A stretch of DNA of 64,000 nt from the human T2T-CHM13v2.0 reference genome, Homo sapiens: NCBI RefSeq assembly GCF_009914755.1, contig NC_060944.1, one strand, 5' to 3'. The position numbers and the translations under genes are program-made. Positions within the stretch are counted from its first letter, which is position 1, and each line of letters opens with the position of its first letter. Below are positions 1 through 17,171 of this stretch, one piece after another. The notes under the pieces are model-generated. The model worked only from the letters and a program-made list of their open reading frames with translations. It had not been told where the DNA came from and made no database searches.

Positions 1-369
1 TTTTCATGAATTCATGCCTTCATGCTTCCATTCACTCACCCTACAAACATTTATTGAGTGCTACCATCACTACGCCCGCCTCAGTGCTGGGGACTCAGAA
101 GATACATCACATCCTATCCCCAGCAGCACAGCCCAACCCTGGCTGCCAGTCCCAATTTGTTCTTTTAGGAATGGAACCCCCCAAATAGGGCACAGGCTGC
201 AACATCTGCATCAGCCAGAAGGTCAGGAGGCAACAGGTGGTATCTTCTTCCTTCATCATCTTCTTTTCCTCCAAACTCCTACAACATGATCATATTTATT
301 TCATAACAAAAACATCTAATAAATTCCACATTTTAAATCTACTATTTTAAACCTAAAATTCTTCTTTTC

Positions 370-523
370 TCAAACTTGGCTTCCCATTTGAATTAGTAGG
401 GGAATGTCAAAATACTGATGCCTGGGTCCCCACACACAGTGGATCTGATTTAGTTGGCTTGGGCATGGGGATTTTAATAAGCTCAGCAAGTGGCTCGAAC
501 TGTGGCCCAGGTTGAGAACCACC
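370..523. mobile_element. MER5A-like hAT-Charlie MITE fragment
   Basis: 'aaatactgatgcctgggtcccca...tctgatttagttgg...caggttgagaaccac' resembles the MER5A consensus. Confidence 0.55.
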
Positions 524-1154
524 ATTTCAACCCGAAACAGAGGAGAGGTTCTGGGCTCAGGAGCAGGAATTGCTCCTCCATTTGTTTGCAGATGTGCCAG
601 TATATTCTGGACCCCAAGACTCTGAAGCTCCCTGGTCTAAGCCTATGTTGTCCACCTGCCTTCTGTACCGGAGATCTCACTTCACTCCTTGCCTTCCTGC
701 CCACTCTTGGCCTTGGGTTGTGTCTCTTTGCCTGTGCACACAGAACACACCTCCGTGCTATGGTCCTGTTTAGGCTTCAGGACTCTGGCCCATCACAGGG
801 CCTTTTGCCTAGAAAAGTGCTCTTTCTTCTGACTTCCCAGAGCCTGGCTGTCTCCACACCCTGGGCTCCAATGATCCTGCTCCTTCTCTGCCTGCAGTTG
901 AGTCTTCTTTTCTTTTCCCTTCACTATGGGGTACACACCACTCCTCCTTCCTGGCCTGCTTGGCCTGGTGACAGCGATGCTTCTTAGGAAGGGGGACCTA
1001 CTGAGGCACCCGCACCTGTGGCCATGTGGTAGCTTCTAGGAGATACCAGAGGGGACTGTGGAAGGACCCACAAATCATTCTCAACCAACACCAGAGGGTG
1101 CATATCCTTGTCCTTGAAGTTCAATTCAAAGGACATGTGGACAAAGATGACTCT

Positions 1155-1495
1155 TGGAAAATGCAAATAAACACCACAATGACACAACATTTCACATCCA
1201 CTAGGATGACCGTGAGTTCATTGCTGTTGTTGTTTTAAGGGATATAAGTGTTGACAAGGATGCGGAGAAGCTGAAACCCTTTTACAATGGCTGGTAGGAA
1301 AGTAAAATGGTGCAGCTGTTGTGGGGAACGGCTTGGCAATACCTCAAAAAAATTGACATAGGATTACCATATGACCTAGAGACTTCTAGGTATACGCCCT
1401 AAAGAACTGAAAACAGAGACTCCAACAAATACATGCACATGCTGTTCACAGCAGCATTATTCACAAGTCAAAAGGCCAAAACAACTCAAATATAA
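1155..1495 (+). mobile_element. Old L1 (L1M) fragment, ORF2 end/3' region
   Basis: 'gaaaatgcaaataaacaccacaatgac...aagtgttgacaaggatgcggagaagctgaaaccc...gcagcattattcacaa' is typical L1 3' sequence. Confidence 0.75.
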
Positions 1496-2361
1496 AACTG
1501 AAGGAAATATTCATGAACATACACTGTATTCATATAACACGTATTTAATGTTAGAATACCTTACAAAACATATAACATACACCGAAATTGGAATTAAAGG
1601 ATGAGATTAAAAACATGAAGAAACGTGTCTTTCCTAGAATCCCCAGTGGTGACCACCAATCTGCTCGAATGCTCCCACAGTGACTTCCCTTAGCCTGGAA
1701 ATTTCAAGAGTTACAATCTGAAGAGATTCTTCCACTCCCACCTTTGCTTTAATTCCTGGCTTGAAAGAAAATTTAAATTTAAGGACAAACTTTCTTGTGC
1801 TGCTGTTTTTAAGGTGACCGTTTTGTTTCCCAAATTTCCTCTGGAAAAAGAACATTCCTTCAACAAGGTCTCTCTTTTCTAAGGAGAAAAGGATCAAATA
1901 CAGACCCTCAAACCGAGGCTCTGGTGCTAGTTCGGGGAAACAGACACATGCACGGTAACCATTTCTAAACACAGAGCTGTTTTCAGCTTCATATTCCACA
2001 GATCTTGAAGTATTCACACATCTTATGCAGTATTTCCTTTTGGTTAAGCTTAGCCCCTTGGAAAGATTAAGAAAGTCGTGTCCTAAGAGTCCCGGGGAGG
2101 CCGAGATAACATAGTGAGTGGAGTCCAGCCTGAGGTCTCCTGTCTGCTAGGCAGGGATTTCAGGGTGAGTTTCAAGGACAGCTTCCAAGGCTGAGTGGAT
2201 TCTTGTGGTCACCATTGCGAAGGTGTATCTGAGGTAATTGAAATTAGGTTAGCATGGTGACATATAGAAAAAGAATATGGGGACATTTTACTCCTGAGCA
2301 TGAGGGAGAATCGCTGAGAGCCAGGCAAGGTGAAGAAGAAAAAGAGAAATAATAAATTCTC

Positions 2362-2716
<355 letters not shown>

Positions 2717-2772
2717 TTATCTTCTCAAATCTCTAGTCTAAAATAATGTGGGCAGTTTTACAAGGAAATACA

Positions 2773-2851
2773 TATATTGGACCATATGAAATGAACCGTC
2801 AATATTTGTTATAAATCTATGAAAACATTAAGTTCAAATGGTTTCGTCTAA
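2773..2851. mobile_element. Possible degenerate MADE2 (mariner MITE)
   Basis: ~80 bp with imperfect inverted ends 'ttggaccatatgaaat' / 'gttcaaatggtttcgtctaa', similar to MADE2 TIRs. Confidence 0.45.
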
Positions 2852-2902
2852 CACCTATGTAATATAATCAGTAAATTCCAGGTACTGTGCGATTTAGGCA
2901 GA

Positions 2903-2907
2903 GTATA

Positions 2908-2938
<31 letters not shown>

Positions 2939-3070
2939 ATGTATGTACATGCACGTGTGTATATATTTTGTAGAGTCCAGGGTCTCCTGTCAAACTTCTG
3001 GGCTCAAGCGATCCTTCTGCCTCAGCCTCCCAAAGTGCTAAGATTACAGTTGTGAGCCACTGCACCCGAC
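2903..3070 (-). mobile_element. Alu left monomer (FLAM/AluJ) with (TG/TA)n microsatellite tail
   Basis: 'ggctcaagcgatccttctgcctcagcctcccaaagtgctaagattacag' preceded by tgtgtg/tata repeats. Confidence 0.8.
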
Positions 3071-4543
3071 ATATGCAGAAAATATCTTACTCCAGTATAA
3101 AACATATATCTGAGAGGAAAAGAACAAGAGAGAGAGGTTTCTAACTTAAACACAGCTAACCAAGGAAAAAATAAAATCAACATTTGAATGAATATTGAAA
3201 TTCTCTTAAAAAAAGACAAATGAGGGGGAAATCACATAAGCAAGTAAGGTTTCACACACATGGTGCTCTAGAAACTAATCAGTGGACAGATTCAGAATCC
3301 ATATCTCCCTTTCCAAAATGTTCTCTGGCAGAAGTCATTCTGTAGGACAAACTGGAATCAAAAGAGTTATGAAAATTGTACAATGGGATGAAGGGGCTTC
3401 CCTTGTTGGGGAATAGATAGCTGACATGCTGGATGGGGCCAGGGTTCAAACAAAGGCCCCTGTTGAGTGGGAGCAGGTACAAGACAGATGGTTTGTTAAA
3501 CATTGCCAGCATGCTTGCGCAGTGCCGTGCGGCGGTCAGAGCCTGGATAATGGTCACCAGGGCATTGTGTAGCAGCGCATTGGCTAATTTCAGCCCAGCT
3601 AAAGCTATTGCTTATCTTTGTTGGTTTTGCAAAGATTAAGGCAGTTTCTCTGCTTTGAATGCACCACAGCTGCCCAGCAAAGCATTCCTGAAGTTTTGTC
3701 TGAATTCCCACTGCTAAGAGGGGCCAAGCAAAAGGTGGCTCGTGCAAGGACTTGTTTTAAGCTCATATGTGAAGTTGCTTCTCCTCAACTAATCTGGACC
3801 ACTCTTGACTCTTACTTCTGGGCAAAACCCTCTAGAGTTACAGGGGCCTTCTTTCTCAGTGAGTCCTTTCCTGTGTGGTTCGAAATGCATCTGCTGGGGA
3901 TTTATATTTCCTAGATTTATATTTCCTATTGGGATTGATTCATTTGCTACTTTTGTGGAAAAAGGTAAACACCATTGTAAATTCCATCCGGTGAATCATG
4001 GGGAGGCGGTGGTTCCAATTAAACGTGTTTGCTTTCGGAAGGGGGCCCTTGGCTTCTTATCTTTATGTACAGAAGAAAATAGAGCTCAACCGGGCCTCTG
4101 CAGCCAATGGAAACGCACCTGGCCCAGTCAGCTGCTAGGCTGAGTCTCTGCTGCTCTGGGCTCCAACTCGCTCCTCTCGGTTGTTTGCAGACAAAGGGAG
4201 AGTAGCTGCGGGTCATGCAGAGGGGACAGTCCCCTTGGCTCTGCCTATAGTCCCAAAGCAAAGCAGGGGGTGCAGCTACTATCTGGGTATGTTAGGAAAG
4301 GGTGATGGCTGATCGGTTTAGTATTTCCAACAGTTCAAATGTCTTTATCTTCTTTTAAAGGTAGTGCATATCTATCCCCACCTAATTGAACCAGTGCTGT
4401 ATTTACTTCAGGCAGCCCCCTCTGCCTAAATTAGATCATTTCTAGCTATAGAATCAAGAAAGTGTGCCCAGCAGATTAAGCCCTAAAAGTGGACTTGTTA
4501 ACTACATCTACAGAAGCAAAGAGAGCAAGAGAATTTTTATATA

Positions 4544-4740
4544 CTCTCCCTCTCTCCCTCTCTCTCTCTTTTCTCTCTCTCTCTCCCTCTCTCCCTCTCT
4601 CTCTGCCTCTCTCCCTCTCTCCCTCTCTCTCTGCCTCTCTCCCTCTCTCCCTCTCTCTTTCCCTCTCTCTCTCCTTCTCTCCCTCTTGTTTCTCTCTCTC
4701 TCTCCCTCTCTCCCTCTTGTTTCTCTCTCTCTCTCTCTCT
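4544..4740. repeat. (CT)n-rich polypyrimidine low-complexity tract
   Basis: ~200 bp almost entirely C/T; source of the overlapping Ser/Leu and Glu/Arg ORFs. Confidence 0.95.
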
Positions 4741-5844
4741 CATGCATGCACCACACACCCCTACCTTTAGAACTAGGAAACTAATTCGCCTTCCTGGCTC
4801 CAGGCCTCAGCATCTCTGCTTAGCATCAGGCATTTGTCATATAGATCTCAAATCAGGAGGCTTTAGTGAGCAGCTAAGGGCTGACAATGTGTCCCAGGGA
4901 AAAGAAACCCATAAAGGAGAAAAGCAAAGGTCTGAGAGGTTCACCTGCAAATTCTGGACATTGAAAGCAACTGTACGTCTCCTCAGGTGCAAATAATTGA
5001 AATAATACTACTACTCAGGCCATGGTGCAGTGTGCTCACCCAAGGCCCTTCTTGTTTTATTTTATTTTACTACTTTCCCCTGGATTCCCTGTGTGTTCTG
5101 GCTCCCAAATCACTCACTCACTTAGGAACCTCCTGGAACGGGTTTCCTAGTTTGGGTTTGGAACCTGTCTAGAAGCTTCTATTGGGAGAGAGAGTGCTGT
5201 TTGTGACTCCATGTCGGCAGCTTTCCTTTGATTCCTCTAGTCCAAGGCTGCTATTTTTCCTAAGCCGTTGTCCATCTGGGTCTAAATGTATTGGCGTGTA
5301 GAGTTTCACAGACACTTTTGCCATCTCATTTTTCAAAGAATCACATTTTAATGGGGATTTTTGGCAATTTCATTGATTTTTTTAAACTCACTTTATATCT
5401 TTTTCTTTGCTTTGGTTTTATTCTGTCATTTTTCTTTTTCTTTTTCTAATATGTTTAGTTATGTCCTTAGGTATGTGGTCTTTCGGTGTCTTGTTTGCTA
5501 TTTGTGTATTCAAAATTATGTAAAACTTTAAGTGCAACTTGAGAGTTATGGGTCATAAAGTTTGACATTTGACACTTTTGTTCTTATCCAGTTCCAAGTA
5601 TTTTGTAATATCTTTTAAATTTCCTCTAAACCCCAATGGTTATATACCATACATTATAATGTTTTATGTGTCCAAGAGATGGTCGAAGTGGTTTTATTGC
5701 CATTACTGATTTTTTAACTTTATTTCATTATAATCAACACATTGTGTATGTATTGATTACTTGGCATTTACAAAAGTTTTCTTTGTTCCATGGGAATTAA
5801 AATGAATATTCTCTGTGGGTGTAAGTTATGTACATCTATTAGAT

Positions 5845-6318
5845 CAGTGTTGTCCAAAAGAAATATAATGCCAGCCACATATATAATTTTATATTTTCTA
5901 GGAGCCATATTAAAAAGTGAAAATGCACAGGTGAAATTAATTTTAATAATATTATTTAAGACAATATATACAAAACAACAATTTGAACATATAATCAATA
6001 TAAAAATATTAACAAGATGCTTTACATTATTTTTCTGTATTGAGTGTTAGAAACCTGGGGTGGATTTAGCTCTTTCAGTGCATTTCAATACAAATACTAA
6101 AATTGGATACACTTGATCTGTATTTAGATTTCAATTTACAATTGAAAGAGCAGATTGTTCTAAACATACTTAAAAGTTTTTCAATACCTGAATTAAGTAT
6201 TAGGTTTTAAAATTTAAATTAATTAAAATTAAATAAAATCTTAAAATTTTCTTGCATTAGCTACACTTCAAGTGCTCAAGAGTTATGTAGCTATCGGCTA
6301 CTGTATTGGACAATATAA
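5845..6318 (-). mobile_element. Charlie1-family DNA transposon (MER33/Charlie1b-like)
   Basis: Ends 'cagtgttgtccaaaagaaatataatg' and 'gctactgtattggacaatata' match MER3/MER33 termini; sits within old L1-like AT-rich sequence. Confidence 0.7.
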
Positions 6319-6756
6319 CATTAAGTAACTGTTATAATGCTTCTCAAATATTCCAAATTATTGGTAATTTTTGTCTCCTTTGTCAGTGTTTTTTTAAAAG
6401 ATTTATTGACATCTCTCCTACTATTATTATATCTATAAGACCTTACATTCTGAAATTGTGTGTGTGTTTCACCCCCTGTTTATTTTTTTCCTCTTTCTGG
6501 GACTCCTGTTATAGGGAGCCATGTTCTTAACTATTACTTTCCGTCTCAATCTCTTCATCTTGCTGAGTCCTTCCTGATTTGTTCTTCCACTGAATCCACC
6601 CTACTATTCAGTCCCTCAATTATGCTCTTTATTCCAACAATTAAAGTCTGTTTGTGGCTGTGTGTTCTTGTTTTGTTTTTCCTGATCTGTTTGAGAATAT
6701 TTATTAAGCTTCCTTTAATTCATGCCCTGCCTGAACTCCCCTACCATCTCATCTAG

Positions 6757-7402
6757 TGTGTGTGGCTCAGTTATTGGGCTGGCCCTGACCCTTTCATATC
6801 CTCCTGAGCCCACATGCATGTGGAAACACCGGCTGCCTTGGCTGGTCTGACATCCCTGGGAGAAGGAGCAAAGGCCCAGGTGCAGGCCTTGCCTGCCTCG
6901 TGGTGAGGATGAGCCTGGGGGATGACATCGGGGTGCGTGGCTTCCATGTTTATTGTGGGCTGGACCTCCCCTGAGTGACCCACCCTCTGTGCCAGGTGAC
7001 AGAGGAGCTCTGGAGAGCTCCCAGAGCCCTACTCTTTTTCTACAGCTGCCTGCCTTAAAATCATCCCCACCTTGCTTAGGTGGGAGCTCGGGAGGAGAGT
7101 GCTTTAGGGCTGCCAGAGTACCAGCTGGTTCAACACCGGGGGACTGATGCTTTGCTGAGGTGATGGGGAAGCTCTTATTTTCTTGAGGGAAGTTCAGGGA
7201 AGGAAAAGCACATAACTCCACAACCCCAGCCAGCCTCCCTTTTGGTACCTGGCCCTCCTGACCCTAGGCTATCATTTCCCAGATTCTTTTTCGAGAATCA
7301 GCAACCTTCTACCTTCCATCTGTGGCTCACCACATTTGGGTTTAATAAAAGAATCCAACATCTCCATTTTGTTAGTTCATCTTGCCAGGAAAAGCGAACC
7401 TC
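6757..7402 (+). mobile_element. Possible old solo LTR (ERVL-like)
   Basis: Starts TG, ends '...aacctca', with AATAAA ~55 bp before the end; family not recognised. Confidence 0.35.
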
Positions 7403-7417
7403 ATAAAGTGCCATTTT

Positions 7418-7785
7418 AAGAATGAAATCATGTCTTTTGCAGCAGCATGAATGGAGCTGGAGACCATTATTCTGAGTTAAATAACTCAGAAACAGGAAAT
7501 CAAATACTGCATGTCCTCACTTGTAAGTGGGAGCTAAACAATGGGCCCACATGGACATAGAGATGGAAAAAATAGACACTGGGAACCCAAAAGCCAGGAG
7601 AGCAGAAGGAAGGTGAAAACTGAAAAATTATCTGTCAGATACAACGGTCACTGTTTGAGTGAAGGGTTCACTAGAAGCCCAAAACTTACCATTATGCAAT
7701 ATATCAACGTAACAAACCTGCACACGTGCCTCTTAAATCTAAAATAATAATAAAAGTTTTTTTGTAAAAAAAAAAAAAAAAAGAA
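7418..7785 (+). mobile_element. L1 3' end (L1PB/L1MA-like) with A-rich tail
   Basis: 'aagaatgaaatcatgtcttttgcagca...ctcacttgtaagtgggagctaaacaatg...gtaacaaacctgcac' followed by poly(A). Confidence 0.85.
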
Positions 7786-7799
7786 TGAAAGAAAAATAA

Positions 7800-8123
<324 letters not shown>

Positions 8124-9047
8124 AGAAAATGACATTTTAAAACATGTAAAAATGTTGGTGAAAATGCTCAATTCCATATTACTGTATCATTCCAGTCTAT
8201 TTCCTTTCATCATGTTTTAACCTTCCCAAACTGTGTCAGTGAAATTGGGACAATCAAGGTCTCTCCCTCTTAGAGCTTGGGACGAGTCAATAAAATAAAA
8301 CACAATGGGCCCCAGCACATAGTAAATCTTCACTTAAAAAGTCACAAGGTCTCTGATCCTCAGACTCCTTGGCCCACACTGACTTACTGAAGGGATTAAA
8401 GAGATGCCTCGCTCCACGAGCTCCATAAATGCTTCTCTGAAAAAAAAAAAGTCTTAAGTAATCAATGCATCAAGTTCTTAAAGCTACTGATAACACATAA
8501 CCTCTCACAGTTCACAGTTCAGCTATGTTGCTCACAATGTGTCAATGAGATGTAAATGTGGAAAAACAGTATAATTGCTTGACCCAAGGCTATCGGGCAA
8601 TTTTCTCTAGGTTCACACCAGCAGCCCTTAATCGATGCACATCCACAAATGGGTGGGAGGGAAGAGTCATCAGGGAATGGCTTCTCCTCATATCACTTCT
8701 CAACTTTAGAAATCATGATGCCTGGGGAACCGGGTGTCTGACCTAGGTAGATGCTTTTTTGTGCAAAAAATAATGAAGTAGCCTCAGCTCTGCTAACTCA
8801 GCCCTACAGCAGGCTGGACTCTGGTGATATATCCAATAGATATCAAGCTTACAACAATGCTTAGATGTGACTGAGATTTAACAGAGTTAGGAGTCATTAA
8901 TGGAATTTATATTGGCTAACCTAAAAAGTAACTCATTTAAAGCATTAGAATTTAGGATATATTTCCAATAACTCATTTACTACAAAGACAAGCAAACAAA
9001 GCCAATCTTCCACCCAAGAACTTTTCCTAAAATGGGACTTGCTTTGA

Positions 9048-9290
9048 TCTGCGCTGTCTAATATGGTAGCACAAATGGCTAATGAGCAGGTGGAAGGTGT
9101 TTGGTCCAAATTGAGATGTGCCTTTTAGTGTAAAATACACACTACATTGTGATGACTTAATATATAACATAATGTAAAATAGGTCATTGATAGTTTTATA
9201 TTGATTACACACTGACATAATTTTTGGAATTATTAGGTTAAATAAAAAATTATTAAAATAAATTTTGCCTTTTGTCATTTTTTAATATTA
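9048..9290 (+). mobile_element. MER33 (hAT-Charlie), partial
   Basis: 'ctgcgctgtctaatatggtagc...aattgagatgtgcc...gtgtaaaatacacac' follows the MER33 consensus. Confidence 0.75.
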
Positions 9291-9429
9291 ATTATATTTC
9301 TAGACTTTGGCTATATAAATCACTCTATACTTTTCAAATATTATTTGTTCAATGGAAAGGTGATCTTAACCAGGAGTTTAACAAAAGGCCACATTTCTGA
9401 GGCATGTTTCTGAGGCATATCTTTCGTAA

Positions 9430-9756
<327 letters not shown>

Positions 9757-9789
9757 TGACTCCACAGTCAAAGAAGTTGTACCCATTTT

Positions 9790-11730
<1,941 letters not shown>

Positions 11731-12472
11731 AGCCCCCCAGATGACGACCCTGAAAGAAAGATTCCCTTATAAGGAGTTTGTTTGAAACACTGTGAGGAAG
11801 AAGGGAAGCAGGGCAAAGAAGGGCAGGTGCCCCACGAGATTGTGGAGCTTACCGCAGTGGCCCCTGGAGCTCAGTTCTGCTGTGGCTTCTGAGAGATGGA
11901 TGCAGGGAACAGGCATCAGCACCACTTGCCCAAGGGAGACGGAGCTCTCACCGGCTCTCAGGAAGGCACTGACTTCTGACTTTCTTGGAGGCAGGATGCC
12001 TGGGAAATCCTCAGGCGGAAAGGAAGATGCTGCCAGGAGGAAACTGGTGCAGCAGCATGTGTGTGGAAGGCAAGTGCCAAGGGGCTGTGTCAAGGGCACT
12101 GAGGACATCGGCTGAAGGGGCCTTTGAGATGTATCTGCAGGTTGAGATGCTGAAACAAGGAGAAGAGAATTCACATACGACGTTCCAGTGAGAAGTCAAG
12201 CAGGAGGCCATAATTCTGGGACACTAGCATGTTTGGCTAAGGTTAGCATAAGCTTTTCAAAATAATTTCCTTTCTAAATATCCCTTGCTGTGAAGATATC
12301 CCCTCTGCAACAGTAACTGGTGTGCGCTCCTCTGCCTCTCCCCAGCAGCAGTGACCTCGTTGAGGCTGAATTGAATTTCTGGACCAACACTTCTCCCTCA
12401 ATAAAATTTCACTGTGATGGGCAAGAAACCATGGAGTGTTACTTCTACCTTTTCTGAGAGGATTATTTCTAA

Positions 12473-12797
<325 letters not shown>

Positions 12798-12811
12798 TAA
12801 GAAATAAAATT

Positions 12812-13125
12812 GGCCGGACTTGGTGGCTCATGCCTGTAATCCCAGCACTTTGGGAGGCCGAGGCAGGCAGATCGCCTGAGGTCAGAAGTTTGAGACCAGC
12901 CTGTCCAATATGATGAAACCCCATCTCTACTAAAAATACAAAAATTAGCCGATTGTGGTGGCAGGCGCCTGTAATCCTAGCTACTCAGGATGCTGAGGCA
13001 GGAGAATCGCTCGAACACGGGAGGCAGATGGAGGTTGCAGTAAGCCAAGATTGCGCCATTGCACTCCAGCCTGAGCAAGAAAAGCAAAATTATGTCTCGG
13101 AAAAAAAAAAAAAAAAAAAAAAAAA
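12812..13125 (+). mobile_element. AluS (Sp/Sq-like)
   Basis: 'ggccggacttggtggctcatgcctgtaatccc...' followed by A25. Confidence 0.9.
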
Positions 13126-13191
13126 GCAACCCCGCTCTATTAAACAGGTAGAGTCCAGCTTTCTCAAAAGTGAAGAATAAATTTTGTCATA

Positions 13192-13461
13192 GGCTGGGTG
13201 GGGTGACTCACATCTGTAATCCCAGTACTTTGAGAGGACAAGGCAGGAGGATTACTTGAGCCCATGAGTTCGAGGCCAGCCTGGCAACATACGGAGACCC
13301 CATCTCTACAAAAAAATAAATTTTAGAAATTAGCCAGATGTGGTGGCATGTGCCTGTGGTCCCAGCTACTTGTGAGGCTGAGGTGGGAGGATCGCTTGCA
13401 CCCTGGAGCACTCTAGCCTTGGCAACAGTGAGACTCTGTCTCAAAAAAAAAAAAAAAAAAA
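13192..13461 (+). mobile_element. AluJ with internal deletion in the right arm
   Basis: J-type 'ggaggattacttgagccc' and 'gaggtgggaggatcgcttg'; poly(A) tail. Confidence 0.85.
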
Positions 13462-13482
13462 TCTGTCATGGACTAGCCTTAG

Positions 13483-13827
<345 letters not shown>

Positions 13828-15659
13828 TAGAAGGAAAGCTCCAGAGACTTTATTAAAACAAAAACCAAAAGATAAAGAAAGTTGAGAAGATCCTATGTCC
13901 TTCATGGCAGGGGCCAGTGCTATCAGGGATTTGGAAATGGAGTATACAGTGGAAGTAAGCACTCCTGTGTTTTCCTTTGGCCAAAGGCATAAATTCTCAG
14001 TCTGTCTTCTATATTTATGAGCCCATCAGCCTAAGAACAATATCAAGACTATGTAGGCATAGAGCTTTGGAAGTATCTGAGGCTCTGGGTAAGTTCTAAT
14101 ATCCTCTCCATGCAGTTGACAGTGTGCCCTGGGATGGGTCATTTGATCTTTCAGGATCTCAACTTCCATATCTGTGCAGTGGTGAACAAGACCCATCTCA
14201 CAAATATGTCAAGGTAGGATGGGATAGGAAATGGGAAACTGTCACAGATGCGATAAGGCTCTTGACAGTGGAGAAGATGTGGTTTAGAATGCCTTTCACT
14301 GTTTTCTCAACCCTGGGTCATTCTTAACCTTCCTAAGGCTCTGGTTGCAAAGTGCAGGCGATGACCCTAACCCTATGAAATGCAGGCCGTTCACTCCTGG
14401 GGTCCCATGGCATGTGGCTCAGAGTGACTCAGAAATGCTAGAGGGCCCAGTGGAGTCTTTCTTTCTAGAAAAGCCTTGGATCTTGGAGAGGCCCTGGTCT
14501 CTGGTTCCACTTGGACCTTCCACAAGTGTGTAGTCCTAGGTGGGTTATATCACCCCTCTGTGCTTCACTTACTGCATCTGCTTCACTTACTTCTCTGATT
14601 CTATGCTTAAGAATCCGGACTTGGCTACTTCATCCTCTTCGTTACTCTGGTTGACTCAGGAACAGGTGCTAGAAGCTTCATGAGCCATGTGCTCCTAATG
14701 AGCGCTCACTGCCCGCCCTCAGAGTTTGCCAGCAATCCCAGCCCCAAGCAGCTGACCCTACACCCTAATCTCACCTTCAGCTTTCAGTTCTCCTGTTGGC
14801 GAGCCCTGGAGCAGGCGGAAGAAACAGCCATCTTATTGGGTGCCACTTCCCAATGTCAATCGGATCTCCTTTAAACTCAGCTATGGTCTGCTTCATTTTG
14901 AACTTAGGGTAAAATTCAAGACAGTTCAGCAAAGAAAATGGATGAAGGACGCAACCCTTTAATTCAGTTCACAACCCCTGAGGGTGGACAGTGGCCAGCC
15001 ACATGCTGGCCCCTGGAAGGAGTGAAGGAAGTCGAACACTGTCTAGCAAAACAAAGCACATTTGGAAAATAAATGTCATTTAGGATACAACTACCAGGTG
15101 CACACTTCTCTTTATGTTTCAGTTCACTCTGCCTTGTACTTTAAGACACGTTTCCTCCGCTACATTGACCCACCTCCCACCTCAGCCGAGGAAAGCAGAT
15201 GCCACGTAGAATGACGGTGATTCCTGCAAGCTCTATGAGTCAGGGACATATGGTGTCCCCACGTTCCATGTTTACTCTTGTACCTGGAGAGATTAGTCAG
15301 CCAGAAGCACAGAATCAGCCTGAATGCCATCTGGCCCTTCCCTGGAGCAGGCTGAAGGTGAAAAGTCAGCCCTGCATACCTTGATAGCTAGGTGAGGGCT
15401 GTCACCAATGGGGGTGGAAGTATCATCTCATGTTGTACCCACTGGCAGACTCATTTCTTCTGAGCAAGGGAGAACTGCATTCTGGAGAAAGGACACTGGC
15501 CATTCAGGCTGCAATTCGGGTTCCCCAGCCCTCCTGTGCCGTCCTCTTCCCAGCCATGAGACACCCGCTCCTGAAGATCCCCTTTCCCGTGGTCAGCCGG
15601 AGGCCCGGGAATGAGTCTAAGAGTCATTGGTATTCTGTGTTTTAGCTGGTGCTTTGTCA

Positions 15660-15870
15660 ATGAAAACATTCTGGACTTTGGCCCCACATCTGCCTGCTTT
15701 TCAGCTCTGGTCCTGAGGTCTTGGGTAACCTTCCCAACCTCCCTAAATCTCCCTTTCTTTGTTTGTTAAATGACAATCCTCATAGGGTTGTTGCCTAGGA
15801 TTAACTTATCTGAGATAATCTATGTAAAGCACCTGGATTTAGGAGAAATGCAATAAAAGTTAGTTCCCTT
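15660..15870 (+). mobile_element. MIR
   Basis: 'cctcatagggttgttgcctaggattaa...gagataatctatgtaaagcacctgg' MIR core. Confidence 0.7.
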
Positions 15871-16863
15871 CCCCCTTGCCTTGGATTACATGGTTTTATT
15901 CTCTTCTGCCAGAGATTCCTTGGGGAAAGGAAAGCGATTGTGTAATTTGCTGTAATCCTAAGTGACGAAGTAAAGTTCTTATCAAAATAATTTTGATGTC
16001 CCATTGGCATGTCTGGGCCACGGAAATAATGACATGATGAAAATTAAGTTGACGCTATTGGCTGACAGAAAGAGCTTAGCTAGTCAGTACAAAGATAGCT
16101 AGACTGGCACCCAAGGAGCCCCGGATCTTCCCAACAAGGAGAAAAATTACACCCAGCTCTCTGGGGAGGCACTGGACTTTTGTAGGCCTACAAGTTCTCT
16201 TGAGTCACCAGCATTCCAGGTTCACTCCCTGGGGGCTCTCTAATCTGTGAGACCTGGCTATGGTTCTTAGCCCACCAGCCCCAGGAGAAAGACAGTTTGG
16301 CAGTGGATTTTATAACCAATCCCATACATGGAGCTTTTCCATAATTTATCTTGGGGCAATATATTAAGCCACAAGTTACAAAGTTCCAAATTATGAAACT
16401 GTCTCTACTGAATTTCCACCAGCCCAATGGGTGTCATTGTAGGATTTATATTTTTTTCTGGGAAGAATCATGTTGTCTTTAAAAAATAAAAAATAAAAAA
16501 AAAGAAAGCCTCTGCTTCGAATAGCTATCTCTCTTGCAGCCGTGCACTGCTGGCTGCACAAGGTCCTGGGTGCTGTTCTCTGGGTCAACTTCCCTGAGTC
16601 TGTTTGGAGAAATTGTGACATCTAACCAACTTCAGAGAAATCGATGAGGGCTGGAAGGGTGGACTTTGTTCCCCTGTGGTGTTCTAATGAATATTTTCAG
16701 GCTTAAATAACTGCCCAAAAATCAAAATCATTGATTTTTCCAAAGGGCAGATACAAGCAGATGGCCCCATCATAAAGGTACTTCCAATGGTTTTCCAGCA
16801 CTCACTCTTTATTCTTCATGTTGAACAACTGCAATTCTGGAGACTGAAGAATGGAAAGGAGGA

Positions 16864-17171
16864 GGCTGGGTACAGTGGCTCCCTGCTCTAATCCCAGCTA
16901 TTTGGGAGGCTGAGGCAGGAGGATCACTGGAACCCAGAAGTTTGAGACCAGCCTAGGCAACATAGAGAGATCTCATCTCTACAATAAATTTAAAAACTAA
17001 CCAGGTGTGGTGGCACACGCCTGTGGTCCCATCTACTCAGGAGGCTAGGATGGGAGGATCACTTGAGCCTGAGAGGCAGAGGTTGCAGTGGGCTGTGATT
17101 GCATCACTGTACTCCAGCCTGGGTGACAGAGCAAGACCCTGTCTCACTACAAAAAAAAAAAAAAAAAAAAA
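16864..17171 (+). mobile_element. AluJ
   Basis: Full dimer with J-type 'ggaggatcacttgagcctg'; poly(A) tail. Confidence 0.9.

Noticed and set aside
4464-4784. Ser/Leu-rich and Glu/Arg-rich ORFs
   Set aside because: Translations of the CT/GA low-complexity tract.
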